64,000 nucleotides of DNA from Euryarchaeota archaeon UBA52. GTDB lineage: Archaea; Thermoplasmatota; Poseidoniia; Poseidoniales; Thalassarchaeaceae. The notes beneath the pieces were generated by a model. The model ran no database searches. It had not been told where the DNA came from and was given only the letters and a program-made list of their open reading frames with translations. Of the stretch, positions 55,201 through 64,000 are shown in pieces. How positions within the stretch are numbered: position 1 is the stretch's first letter; each line of letters opens with the position of its first letter. The stretch covers positions 1 through 64,000 of the forward strand of contig DAVB01000060.1 in assembly GCA_002505455.1 (NCBI GenBank), read 5' to 3'. The position numbers were made by a program, and so were the translations under genes.

Positions 55201-57072
55201 ATGGCGGAGCCCGAGGAGGAGTCTGAAGACTCCGTGGATAAGACTCGAAAGGGTATCAGCCTCGATAACTCTGATCTTGGTGAAGAGAAGCAAGTAGTCG
55301 GTCGGAAAATATGGAGAATATTTCCATATGTGGTGAGATACTGGAAACTCGCTCTTGGTGGGCTTATTGCCAATGCTGGTGCAAGGGCCTCGGACTTACT
55401 CCCATTTCTCACAATAGGTTGGGCTGCTGATTTCTATGCCAATGGCACTTTCAACCCACCATGGCTGGAGAATTACATAGGAGACTCTCCTTATCTTGGA
55501 TTTGGAATCATAATTTTCATGTGTTTTGCACTTCTTGCCGTTTTTCAGGGGACTAGTAACTTTCTCTGGCAAGCAACCTCATACAATTCGCAGCATGATA
55601 TCAGGATGGATGCGGCCCGATCACTCATCAATATGGAGGCCTCATATTTCGAAGATAGACAAACAGGCAACCTCATGTCAGTTCTTTCCGCCGATATTTC
55701 TCTTCTAGAGGACGTGATATCTGATTCTAGCACCAGTATTGTTAGGATAGCAATTACATTCGCAATGGCCGCAATCATACTCTCATTCATGTCGATAAAA
55801 CTGACTTTGATGTTGTTCAGTCCGTTGGTTTTGATTATCCCGATGGTTATTTGGTTCGCTACGAGGGTCCAGCGCAGATATAGAAAACAGCGTGAAAGTA
55901 CCGGTAGCATCGTTTCGATTCTCGAGAACGTACTCGGTGGAATCACCGTAATGCAAGCCTACAATGCTCAGGATTTCGAGAAACTTCGAGTAAACAGTGA
56001 ATCCGGGAGATATCGGGATCAAGCCATATCAGCCTCATTCATTCGGAATCGATTCATTCCAGGAATATATCTCGTAGCTGGCATAGCCTTCGGACTCATA
56101 GTGACTGCTGGGGGCTGGGTGCTTGAATCCGGAGAGATAACAATCGGCGAATATGTCACATTCTTGCTAATCAGTACCCGAATGACGTTCCCTCTATTCA
56201 TTCTCGGAGCTCTTCTCAATCAGATACAGCGCGGAGAAGCAGCTGCAAGACGGGTTTTTGCAATAGTCGATCTCGAGCCCTCCATAGTGGACCGCCCCGA
56301 TGCCATTCCCCTGGAAGATCCTATCAAATCAGTTATCTTCGACGATGTAACGTTCGAATACCCTTCTTCAGATACACATGTACTCAATGGAATATCCTTC
56401 GAGGCCAAACCTGGCGATTTTATCGGTATAATGGGCCACACTGGTGCCGGAAAGAGTACAATTCTGAAACTTATTGAAAGATTCTACGAGCCTCAGTCCG
56501 GTAAGATACTAGTAAACGGAGTAGATATCAATAATCTGAAGATCGACTCCATCAGGGCACGTATAGGATTCGTATCTCAAGATCCGTTCCTGTTCTTCGG
56601 CACTATAAGAGATAATATCGCCTATGCGAGAGAGGCTTCAGAAGAAGAGATAGAAGAGGCATTGCATGCAGCTGGGGCGAAAGAGTTCGTGATGAACTTG
56701 CCAAGAGGAATCGATACAGAAGTCGGAGATAGAGGAGTGAAACTTTCTGGCGGTCAGAAAGCAAGGATAAGCCTCGCAAGAGCATTGCTGACAAAACCCG
56801 ATTTATTGATTCTCGACGAAGCAAGTGCTGCATTAGACGCAGAAACAGAGCAAAGGATACAGAATTCACTTTTCTCCTCCAACGATGCAGATAGGATGAC
56901 TATCGCAGTCGCTCATAGGCTGGCAACGATTAGGAATGCTGATGAGATTCTTGCTATGGTAGATGGCGTCATCGTAGAACGAGGCCTTCACGAAACGCTT
57001 GTTGAGGCTGACAACGTGTACGCCTCCCAATGGAGAATACAGACTGGAGAACTAGATTCAGAGGTCAGTTGA
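55201..57072 (+). CDS. ABC transporter, fused permease/ATPase (MsbA/MdlB-type exporter)
   Basis: Six N-terminal TM helices. Walker A GHTGAGKST, ABC signature LSGGQKARISLARALL, and Walker B LILDEASAALD. Confidence 0.9.
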   Translation: MAEPEEESEDSVDKTRKGISLDNSDLGEEKQVVGRKIWRIFPYVVRYWKLALGGLIANAGARASDLLPFLTIGWAADFYANGTFNPPWLENYIGDSPYLGFGIIIFMCFALLAVFQGTSNFLWQATSYNSQHDIRMDAARSLINMEASYFEDRQTGNLMSVLSADISLLEDVISDSSTSIVRIAITFAMAAIILSFMSIKLTLMLFSPLVLIIPMVIWFATRVQRRYRKQRESTGSIVSILENVLGGITVMQAYNAQDFEKLRVNSESGRYRDQAISASFIRNRFIPGIYLVAGIAFGLIVTAGGWVLESGEITIGEYVTFLLISTRMTFPLFILGALLNQIQRGEAAARRVFAIVDLEPSIVDRPDAIPLEDPIKSVIFDDVTFEYPSSDTHVLNGISFEAKPGDFIGIMGHTGAGKSTILKLIERFYEPQSGKILVNGVDINNLKIDSIRARIGFVSQDPFLFFGTIRDNIAYAREASEEEIEEALHAAGAKEFVMNLPRGIDTEVGDRGVKLSGGQKARISLARALLTKPDLLILDEASAALDAETEQRIQNSLFSSNDADRMTIAVAHRLATIRNADEILAMVDGVIVERGLHETLVEADNVYASQWRIQTGELDSEVS

Positions 57073-57074
57073 GT

Positions 57075-57773
57075 ATGCCGGGTCTGGATTGGGCTCTAGT
57101 GGAACAAGGATCAGCCATGCTCGGGTCTAACGATCGTTCGATTCTAAGGGGGGGCATTGGCCCGCGTCACCAAGTGAAGATATCAGAACCATTTGAGATT
57201 ACGAGGTATCCCGTATCCTCAAAGATTGCTCAAGAGATGATAAAATCCGGAGAAGCCGAATTAGCATCAGAGTCCGAGTGGGCCGTTTCCAAGGCGCAAG
57301 GTTTGATACACGCCGAATCTGGCACAATAGAGACTTTGGCCGATTCAATCAGCAATTATTGGGGGAAACCGTGTGATGGTAGGCCCTACATTCGGGAGGG
57401 CGAAATAACGACCCGTCGAGTAAGGGTGTGGTCCGAGGGAGGAATATTGGAATCAACTAGGCCAATTGAGATGGCTGATTCATACCCCCTGCGTCTAGTT
57501 CGAAGGCCATCGAAGTATTCTGGAACGCCGATTCGACTCCCAAGGGCGGGAGACAGCACAAGAATCCTCAAGGAGGAGGCTGTAATTTGCCTATTAGTAG
57601 GAATATTGCCATCATTCACATGGGCATGGTTCAATGCTTCTTCAGGGTATATCGCTGAAGGATGGTTGAATTTAGTGATGGGCGGCGTGTTCTTCGGTTT
57701 ATCTACTGCTATATTGTGGCGTCCAAAGACACCGACATACATTCAAACAGACTCCGGTTGGAGACTTGAGTGA
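57075..57773 (+). CDS. Hypothetical protein with C-terminal TM helices (start trimmed to MPGLDW…, overlapping the ABC stop)
   Basis: About 232 aa with no motif. Two hydrophobic helices at the C-terminus. Confidence 0.45.
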   Translation: MPGLDWALVEQGSAMLGSNDRSILRGGIGPRHQVKISEPFEITRYPVSSKIAQEMIKSGEAELASESEWAVSKAQGLIHAESGTIETLADSISNYWGKPCDGRPYIREGEITTRRVRVWSEGGILESTRPIEMADSYPLRLVRRPSKYSGTPIRLPRAGDSTRILKEEAVICLLVGILPSFTWAWFNASSGYIAEGWLNLVMGGVFFGLSTAILWRPKTPTYIQTDSGWRLE

Positions 57774-57776
57774 AGC

Positions 57777-58529
57777 TCACTCGTTTGTAACTCTAGGGGC
57801 TAGAAGGAAGGTCCATTTCGCCCCCCCTCCGTTACTTACCCAATCCACCTTCAGCGGATATGAGGCCTTGAATTTAATTTCAAGAGATTCTGTAGCACCC
57901 GGATTAATTTTCCTAGCCAACTCGTTTGGAAATCTGATTGAATATGTCGACGTAGAAGGCTGTTTAACCGATAGTTCGCCCAACTCCCCTGCTTCGAACT
58001 TAGTCTCCACAGATTCACCAGTAGGCTCGCCCGAACGTACCGCGAAATGACTTGCATCAACAGAAAGATCGACAAGATCCCCACCCAATTTGGCCGCTCT
58101 GAAAGATCGAATGAACTTCTCTGTAGGAATCACCACCTTCATCCCATCAAAATCAAGACTTGGAAGCTTGACCTCTTCGATCATCGAAGTATCAAGTCCC
58201 CTAATCGTCCTTCTTACCTCACTAACATGTACAATCATGGAACTCGTAGTCTCATCATAGTCTAACTCAATTAAATCGTTAGGTCCAGCTAGTGCTAGCA
58301 CCTCTCCCAACTTACGAAGATCCATTCCGACATCGATCGGGTCAACTTCGTACGTCTCGAAGCATTCATCTGCGACCATCATTTCAAGCATCGCCACATG
58401 ACTCACATCTACTGAAGAGCAAGCCAGGCCCTTTTCACCCCAACGAAATTTCGCCTCTTCATTGTCCAGAATTGAAAGTAGGTCTACGATTTCCCTCATG
58501 ACCTGCTGCTTGGCAGTCACCCTCAGCAT
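57777..58529 (-). CDS. pcn: DNA polymerase sliding clamp PCNA
   Basis: 250 aa. Two-domain pseudo-repeat. C-terminal …AKWTFLLAPRV matches the PCNA C-terminal 'YLAPKIE' block. Confidence 0.85.
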   Translation of the reverse strand: MLRVTAKQQVMREIVDLLSILDNEEAKFRWGEKGLACSSVDVSHVAMLEMMVADECFETYEVDPIDVGMDLRKLGEVLALAGPNDLIELDYDETTSSMIVHVSEVRRTIRGLDTSMIEEVKLPSLDFDGMKVVIPTEKFIRSFRAAKLGGDLVDLSVDASHFAVRSGEPTGESVETKFEAGELGELSVKQPSTSTYSIRFPNELARKINPGATESLEIKFKASYPLKVDWVSNGGGAKWTFLLAPRVTNE

Positions 58530-58593
58530 GCGCTCACTCCTGAAAACGATGGCTCCCGGAGGTTATTCATCCTTCGCAGAGCCTCAAGTTCTT

Positions 58594-58971
58594 TCATTGG
58601 TACTCCCTGAAACGATGGCCACACGCCTCGCAGGTGCATATTTTCGTCTCAGGCTCGTCGCTAGACCTCGTTTGCATCAGCTCGACGAAGATTCGATCCT
58701 CATCACATTTTGGACATCGATAGTCCCCTACACGCAAAGTCCCTCTAGCAACATCGGGGGCTTGAACCTCAGTCAGATGTTTCAAATCAGTTGATTCAGT
58801 TGATGATTTAGTTTTTGTAAGATCTATTTCCTTTCCATCAGAACCTATTACGATGCTGCCAGAACCATCTCTTCCACCCACGGGCCCCTCATACCCGCAC
58901 TTGTAATTCGTACATCTTATATTGCCGCTCGGATCAACGAAACTTAGCGTGCCGCATTCAGGACAAAACAT
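58594..58971 (-). CDS. tfs: Transcription factor S (TFS) / RNAP subunit M-like, with an N-terminal zinc ribbon and a C-terminal TFIIS-type zinc ribbon
   Basis: N-terminal CPECG…C..C. C-terminal CPKCDEDRIFVELMQTRSSDEPETKICTCEACGHRF contains the invariant acidic hairpin (SDEP) before the CxxC. Confidence 0.85.
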   Translation of the reverse strand: MFCPECGTLSFVDPSGNIRCTNYKCGYEGPVGGRDGSGSIVIGSDGKEIDLTKTKSSTESTDLKHLTEVQAPDVARGTLRVGDYRCPKCDEDRIFVELMQTRSSDEPETKICTCEACGHRFREYQ

Positions 58972-58997
58972 ACTCGCACCACTGTAGACTGCCGGTA

Positions 58998-59032
58998 GTC
59001 AACGACGTGGTTTTTTGAATCCTCCCGTTGAC
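58998..59032. promoter_or_regulatory. Hairpin/inverted repeat GTCAACG-N21-CGTTGAC in the divergent tfs / nop5 intergenic region
   Basis: 7-bp perfect arms read directly, with a T6 tract in the spacer. Lies ~27 nt upstream of the tfs start codon. Confidence 0.3.
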
Positions 59033-59121
59033 GGGGCCCAAAACAAAGTACTCTGCATATCAATTAGCATATTCCTGAGTTCTCCCACACCGTTGAAGTC
59101 AAACCTCCTCTACGCGCGGTC

Positions 59122-60126
59122 ATGCGCATCATCTACGACTGGAGGCTCGCTAGGGTGATCGATGAAGATCTAAACATCTTAGATGAGGCTTCTTGGACGG
59201 CATCAAGGACCCCGTCCAAGGTCGCTAATCGCCTTGGAGATCTACAACGTGGAAGAATGACTCAAGAGACGCGAGTCCTATCTGAGCGATTCCCCGACGC
59301 TCGATTAGACCCGTTTGGACATCTGGATATTTCTGATTGGCCAGAAACGACTCCCGAGGAAGAGCAGATTGTTGCTAGCGCCGCTAATATCCTAGCACGT
59401 CGCGGTGTAGCAATGTCCGCCGGCGACCCGGACAGAAGGTTGGACATGCTAGTTTCTTCTCAGGCCGAGCTTCGGTCTGCTTGGACAACCATAGAGTCCA
59501 GATGCATTGAATGGGCAGGATTGTTACTCCCTTCCCTCGATCTCGATGCGAATAGGGATTTGATTCCGACCATCATTGCAAGCTCCGAATCTTTGAAAGC
59601 TGCAGCAATCGACTTGGGAACTGAGCCCCCTCCTCATCCCCCTGGGGCAGAAGAGTGGGGCGCAATGAAAGAATCAGCAGAAAGGTGCCTCGGTATTGCC
59701 AAGAGCCTAGAACTGAGCGAACAAGCGATACGTTCCCTAGCAGCGAACTATCTGCCAACCCTATCCAGGCTCGTCGGCCCCCTCGGAGCCGCCAAATTAT
59801 GTGTTTTAGCAGGCGGGAGAGAGAGACTCGCAAGAATGCCTTCAGGTTCGATTCAAGTTCTTGGCGCCCATGCTGCTATGGCGGCACATCGTCGAGGAGC
59901 ACCTCCCCCAAAGCATGGTTCAGTGATCTTCTCGATGCCCCAAGTAAGCCGATCACCAAGGTGGGTTCGAGGTAAGATAGCTAGGTATCTCGCTGGAAAG
60001 GCTAGTATAGCATCTCGAATCGATCACTTCGATGGTTCTCCGTGGTCCGATGATGAAATCGCAGAGATCCACAAGAAGTCCGAGGAGATTCGATCTAGAT
60101 TCCCATCGCCCCCTCGAAGAAAATGA
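59122..60126 (+). CDS. nop5: Nop5/Nop56/58-family C/D box snoRNP protein (divergent N-terminal region)
   Basis: C-terminal Nop domain with …GPLGAAKLCVLAGGRERLARMPSGSIQVLGAHAAMAAHRRGAPPPKHGSVIFSMPQV…RGKIARYLAGKASIASRIDHF. Fibrillarin is immediately downstream. Confidence 0.75.
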   Translation: MRIIYDWRLARVIDEDLNILDEASWTASRTPSKVANRLGDLQRGRMTQETRVLSERFPDARLDPFGHLDISDWPETTPEEEQIVASAANILARRGVAMSAGDPDRRLDMLVSSQAELRSAWTTIESRCIEWAGLLLPSLDLDANRDLIPTIIASSESLKAAAIDLGTEPPPHPPGAEEWGAMKESAERCLGIAKSLELSEQAIRSLAANYLPTLSRLVGPLGAAKLCVLAGGRERLARMPSGSIQVLGAHAAMAAHRRGAPPPKHGSVIFSMPQVSRSPRWVRGKIARYLAGKASIASRIDHFDGSPWSDDEIAEIHKKSEEIRSRFPSPPRRK

Positions 60127-60135
60127 GGTTACTCA

Positions 60136-60837
60136 ATGGCTCGATTACATTCCATAGGGTGGGGGATACGCCGGGAAGGCGGTTCATTGTGGACAAGAAA
60201 TGCGGTACGCGGGGTTTCAGTAGCCGGTGAAAGAAGGAAGAGAGATGGAAGAAATGAATGGAGAAGATGGGATGCTCGCAGATCCAAGGTTGCAGCAACT
60301 CTACTCCGTTGTACCTCAAACCCCTCGGAACTGATACCCTCTACTGGAGCAGATTGTGTGTATCTTGGAGCCTCAAGTGGTACGACGGTCAGTCATCTGC
60401 ATGACCATGTGTGTGGTGCTGGAAACCATCATGGCGGACATATTGTTGCGATTGACATCTCACCAAGGATGATGAGGGATTTTATCGCATTATCCGAAAA
60501 AAGGCCTGGAATCGTGCCCGTTCTTGGTAATGCCCGTACGCCCCACAGTATCATACCCTACTTGAGGGGCAGACCCCAATGGCTTTTCCAAGATTTGAGT
60601 ATGCCGGATCAGGCCACAGCTTTCATCGAAGCAACTCGTGTACTACTCGAATCCAAAGGTATGGGGATGATTGCAATCAAAGCTGCCAGTGAGCGGTGGA
60701 CCGAAGGAGGCGATGAGGCCCTCTTTAGTGACGCTGAACTAAAAGTCCGTCAGTCAGAGCACTTGGAATTAATTGAGCGAATAGATCTCAGCGGTCTCGA
60801 GGAACAGCATTCTGTCATAGTTGTAAGGAAGATATGA
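60136..60837 (+). CDS. flpA: Fibrillarin (rRNA/tRNA 2'-O-methyltransferase FlpA)
   Basis: …EWRRWDARRSKVAATLL…, VYLGASSGTTVSHLHD (SAM motif I), …IVAIDISPRMMRD… and …FQDLSMPDQA…. Confidence 0.85.
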   Translation: MARLHSIGWGIRREGGSLWTRNAVRGVSVAGERRKRDGRNEWRRWDARRSKVAATLLRCTSNPSELIPSTGADCVYLGASSGTTVSHLHDHVCGAGNHHGGHIVAIDISPRMMRDFIALSEKRPGIVPVLGNARTPHSIIPYLRGRPQWLFQDLSMPDQATAFIEATRVLLESKGMGMIAIKAASERWTEGGDEALFSDAELKVRQSEHLELIERIDLSGLEEQHSVIVVRKI

Positions 60838-60874
60838 CCATCACCCTCATGACCATTTTCTCGACTCGTACGCC

Positions 60875-61768
60875 ATGCCTGAGTTGCCAGAGGTCGAGAC
60901 AGTCCGCCAAGGATTAGAAGAGGCCCTACTCGGACTCAAGATACGAAATGCCGAGAAAAGAAGAAGAGATCTCAGATTCCCCATTCCCGAAAATCTGAAT
61001 GAACAATTACAAGGCAGAACAATATCATCCTTGAGAAGACGAGCGAAGTACCTCTTGATAGATCTCGATAACGGATGGTCATTACTCAGTCACCTTGGAA
61101 TGTCTGGCCGCTGGACTATCCTCCGAGACGACGTCATAACGAGACCTGGAAGATTCGCACATGGCGGTGAAATCGGATCAGGCGAAGGTCCCCACGATTG
61201 GATAATAATCAACTTTGAAAATGGCTACACTGCCGTATACTCCGATCCAAGAAGATTCGGTTTCATTGACCTAATAGAGCCCGGTTCTGAGAATGGATAC
61301 CCGATGTTAGCCAAACTGGGCCCTGATCCCCTTCCATCAACACTAACTCCGGATATTCTGAACCGCTCTTTGATTGGTAGAAAGGCACCCTTGAAGTCCG
61401 CATTGTTGGATCAAAGAATCGTGGCGGGCCTCGGAAATATTTACGTCTGTGAGGCTTTGAGTAGAGCACGCCTCTCCCCTAGAAGGAGAGCGGGAACTAT
61501 TTCTTCAATAAAAGGCCCAACTGAGCGTATTCACAGGCTTGTTAGCTCAATACATCAGGTCATGGTAGAAGCAATAGACGCAGGGGGTTCGACATTGAGG
61601 GACTATCGCGGAGTTGACGGCGATAATGCGCTCGGCTACTTCCCATTATCGTTCCAAGTCTACGGCAGAGAAGGCGAAAAGTGCCTCAATCGGGATTGCA
61701 AAGGCACAGTCTCAAGATATATTCAATCCGGCAGGTCAACATATGCCTGCTCAAGTTGCCAGCGATGA
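60875..61768 (+). CDS. fpg: Formamidopyrimidine-DNA glycosylase (Fpg/MutM-Nei family)
   Basis: N-terminal MPELPEVETVRQGL (catalytic Pro2/Glu3), an H2TH region, and a C-terminal zinc finger C…C…C..C (CLNRDCKG…CSSCQ). Confidence 0.9.
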   Translation: MPELPEVETVRQGLEEALLGLKIRNAEKRRRDLRFPIPENLNEQLQGRTISSLRRRAKYLLIDLDNGWSLLSHLGMSGRWTILRDDVITRPGRFAHGGEIGSGEGPHDWIIINFENGYTAVYSDPRRFGFIDLIEPGSENGYPMLAKLGPDPLPSTLTPDILNRSLIGRKAPLKSALLDQRIVAGLGNIYVCEALSRARLSPRRRAGTISSIKGPTERIHRLVSSIHQVMVEAIDAGGSTLRDYRGVDGDNALGYFPLSFQVYGREGEKCLNRDCKGTVSRYIQSGRSTYACSSCQR

Positions 61769-61769
61769 C

Positions 61770-62555
61770 TTATCGCATCATCAATGAAGCCCTTACAATC
61801 CACAGTTGGATGCTGATGGGCAGCACTCTTCCCAAGATTGGTACCCACCAGTTTACAAAACCCGGAATAACCTCGCGCCTTCCCTTTCTCATCGCCCTTA
61901 CGGCTATCTTGGCTACTTTGTCCGCTGGCAGAGAACTCCATATTTCGACACCCGTAAGGCGCATACCGGAAACCCTCTGAAAGCCAGTTTCCACATATCC
62001 CGGGCATAGGGCTGTTACCGTGACCCCCGTCCTCTTCAACTCTGCACTCATCGCTCTAGATAATGAGAGTACGAATGCCTTGCTGGCACAGTAAACCGCC
62101 ATGCCAGGGCCGGGTTGAAAGGCTGCTATTGAGGCTACATTGAGTATTCTGCCCTTGCCTCGACTTTGCATAGTTGAGGCGTAGTGATGCCCCAATGAGG
62201 TGAGGGCGCGAATATTCACATCTATGATACCCAGCATTTTACTGCTGTCTTGCTCCATCATTTTACCGTAAAGCCCGTATCCGGCGTTATTCACCAGAAT
62301 ATCGACGTCACCAGCAACACTGATCAGACGTTCAACTTCGGAAGGTGTTGAAAGATCAGCCACCACAACTTCGACCTCAGTATGTTCAGAAAGAGCATCT
62401 GCCAATTCATCGAGAAGATTCTTGCGCCTACCCGTGATGACTAGACGATCGACATCCTTAGAAAGTATCTTGGCGATCTCCAACCCTATGCCGCTAGAGG
62501 CTCCCGTGACAAGTGCTGAGGACATCACATAACCTGCCGATACCTGTCTATGGGC
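61770..62555 (-). CDS. Short-chain dehydrogenase/reductase (start trimmed to the internal Met, MAHRQVSAGYVMSSALVTGASSGIG)
   Basis: TGASSGIGLEIA, NNAG and YCASKAF are the SDR cofactor and catalytic motifs. The ORF-track start (62630) would overlap the mutase gene by 67 nt. Confidence 0.8.
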   Translation of the reverse strand, partial: AHRQVSAGYVMSSALVTGASSGIGLEIAKILSKDVDRLVITGRRKNLLDELADALSEHTEVEVVVADLSTPSEVERLISVAGDVDILVNNAGYGLYGKMMEQDSSKMLGIIDVNIRALTSLGHHYASTMQSRGKGRILNVASIAAFQPGPGMAVYCASKAFVLSLSRAMSAELKRTGVTVTALCPGYVETGFQRVSGMRLTGVEIWSSLPADKVAKIAVRAMRKGRREVIPGFVNWWVPILGRVLPISIQLWIVRASLMMR

Positions 62556-62563
62556 CATCCGAA

Positions 62564-64000
62564 TTACATGTTTCTCCGGAACTGGCCGCCTGTTTCGAAT
62601 AGTGCTTCTGTGACCTGGCCGACGGTGCAATGCTCAACAACATCCATCATAACTTCGAACAGATTGCCGCCTTCTCGAGCCGTCTTCTTAAGCCTCTCAA
62701 TACCCTTTTCGGCTTCGGAAAGATGAGATTCTCGGAATGCTATATTTCGATCAATAACCATTTTCTTCTCATCCTCATCTGAGCGAGTAACATCCATGTT
62801 GAAAGAGTCAGCATCGTCTGCTGACAGATTGGCAGCGTCTGGATCTTGGAATGTATTGACCCCAATTATTGGAATCTCACCAGTGTGTTTCCTATGCTCG
62901 TACACCATAGACTCATCCTGTATCCTGTTTCGCTGATAGTTGACTTCGAGAGCCCCAAGGACCCCTCCTCTACGATGCATCTCCTCGAATATGCGGAGAA
63001 TCTCCTCCTCTACATGGCGCGTCAGCCAGGAGGCAACGAATGAACCTTGTAGTGGATTCTCATTCTGTAGCCATCCGTATTCTTTCGATAATATCAATTG
63101 GATAGCGACTGCATCCTTCACCGTTTCCTCAGTGGGAGTTCCAAAGGCCTCGTCACGGCTGTTGGTATGTAGCGAGTTGGCATTATCGGCGAGAGCATAA
63201 AGCGCCTGCAAAGTGGTCCTGTAGTCATTCCACGTGTACTCCTGAGCATGCAGCGATCTCCCTGATGATTGAATATGGTACTTTAATTTCTGACCTCGTT
63301 CATCAACGGCATAAAGATCCCTCATAGCGATTGACCATATTCTTCTAGCAACTCTTCCAATCACAGCATATTCGGGATCCATCCCATTTGAGAAGAACCA
63401 CGAGAAATTCCGAAGGAAGTTATTGGGGTCAAGGCCCCTGGCTCTGAATAATTCAACGTAAGTAAGGCCATTCGCGAGAGTCAGAGCAGCCTGAGTTATC
63501 GGATTAGCACCAGCTTCTGCAATATGGTATCCGGAGATACTGACGAAGTAGTGATTCCTAACATCGTTCTGAACATAGAATTCAGCAACGTCCCCCATCA
63601 TTCTCAGTGAAGTATCAAGATTGAACACAAGAGTATTCTGTCCCATAGCTTCTTTCAGTTGATCAGCCTGAACCGTTCCTCGCGCTGTGGATAAGGTAAA
63701 TTTACGGATTTCCAATTCTTCGTCTTCATTCGGAAGACGTCCATTTTCCTTCTCAAATGCTCGAATTTGTTGTCTAATTGCGACACGGAAAAATGCTGCA
63801 AGATGCCACCAGTAGTTTCCGTTTATCGTCATAGAGACGCTTGTCTCGGGTGCGCACAGATCGAAACCTTCGAACAACCGCTCCATTTCATCAACGGTGC
63901 TTATCGATACTCCGGACTCACATACCTTACCAAATATATCGAGTTGAGTGACCGGGTCATGGCCATATAGGCTGGGAGAGTCAAAAGCAACAGAGAGACG
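62564..64000 (-). CDS. Methylmalonyl-CoA mutase-family large (catalytic, B12-dependent acyl-CoA mutase) subunit. 5'-partial, because the reading frame stays open to the window edge.
   Basis: …GVSISTVDEMERLFEGFDLCAPETSVSMTINGNYWW…, …ISGYHIAEAG… and …QSSGRSLHAQE… match mutase substrate-domain blocks. The frame upstream of the track's Met (63886) remains open through base 64000. Confidence 0.8.
   Translation of the reverse strand, partial: RLSVAFDSPSLYGHDPVTQLDIFGKVCESGVSISTVDEMERLFEGFDLCAPETSVSMTINGNYWWHLAAFFRVAIRQQIRAFEKENGRLPNEDEELEIRKFTLSTARGTVQADQLKEAMGQNTLVFNLDTSLRMMGDVAEFYVQNDVRNHYFVSISGYHIAEAGANPITQAALTLANGLTYVELFRARGLDPNNFLRNFSWFFSNGMDPEYAVIGRVARRIWSIAMRDLYAVDERGQKLKYHIQSSGRSLHAQEYTWNDYRTTLQALYALADNANSLHTNSRDEAFGTPTEETVKDAVAIQLILSKEYGWLQNENPLQGSFVASWLTRHVEEEILRIFEEMHRRGGVLGALEVNYQRNRIQDESMVYEHRKHTGEIPIIGVNTFQDPDAANLSADDADSFNMDVTRSDEDEKKMVIDRNIAFRESHLSEAEKGIERLKKTAREGGNLFEVMMDVVEHCTVGQVTEALFETGGQFRRNM

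Noticed and set aside
55116-55412. 98-aa minus-strand ORF
   Set aside because: It overlaps tRNA-Gly(TCC) and the start of the ABC transporter gene. It has low complexity.
1-64000. CRISPR arrays, integrases/transposases, restriction-modification or toxin-antitoxin pairs
   Set aside because: I looked for regularly spaced direct repeats and for recombinase/nuclease motifs near both tRNA genes and in AT-rich spacers. None was found, and the only small DNA-binding ORF (RHH) is coupled to an exported enzyme, not a toxin.

Overview
The window reads as an archaeal chromosome segment, roughly 50 % GC with a high coding density. The archaeal call rests on the gene content: thermosome, Orc1/Cdc6, PCNA, TFS, Nop5 with fibrillarin, the KEOPS kinase Bud32, archaeal-type PPAT, a TBP-like protein, and tRNAs with encoded CCA. 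Many metabolic genes are bacterial-type (DnaK, class I aldolase, GlpX, Fpg, diflavin reductase, crotonases, M14/M17 peptidases), and several large acidic surface proteins carry C-terminal membrane anchors. That combination looks like a heterotrophic marine Thermoplasmatota / Marine Group II-like archaeon, but the lineage is a guess.

Main blocks:
- 0.2-4.4 kb: heat-shock island with thermosome, an Hsp20-like protein and DnaK.
- 5.5-8.4 kb: secreted or cytosolic peptidases (M17 and M14).
- 11.1-14.1 kb: giant surface protein followed by tRNA-Gly(GCC).
- 14.2-20.2 kb: housekeeping genes (ArsC-like, Mrp/NBP35, NadA, Bud32, Ham1).
- 26.4-34.6 kb: a minus-strand acyl-CoA / beta-oxidation-like operon that includes a BoxB-like di-iron protein.
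- 34.7-37.7 kb: MoaE, MoaC, GlpX and class I FBA.
- 37.7-40.8 kb: divergent winged-HTH pair, including an 856-aa HTH protein of unknown function.
- 40.8-41.1 kb: GC-rich non-coding island, followed by a PPAT-DUF359 (dephospho-CoA kinase) fusion.
- 42.7-44.4 kb: orc1/cdc6 with an adjacent AT-rich candidate origin.
- 45.3-49.5 kb: diflavin reductase, biotin carboxylase and a PfkB kinase.
- 51-52 kb: EF-Tu-like protein with a degenerate G-domain.
- 52.6-54.8 kb: operon of a hypothetical protein, a TBP-like protein and a TatD-like hydrolase.
- 55.1 kb: tRNA-Gly(TCC).
- 57.8-60.8 kb: PCNA, TFS, Nop5 and fibrillarin.
- 60.9-64.0 kb: Fpg, an SDR, and a 5'-partial methylmalonyl-CoA mutase-like gene running off the window edge.

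No CRISPR array, integrase, transposase or obvious defence system was found. Every product call comes from motif-level reading of the translations and has not been checked against a database.
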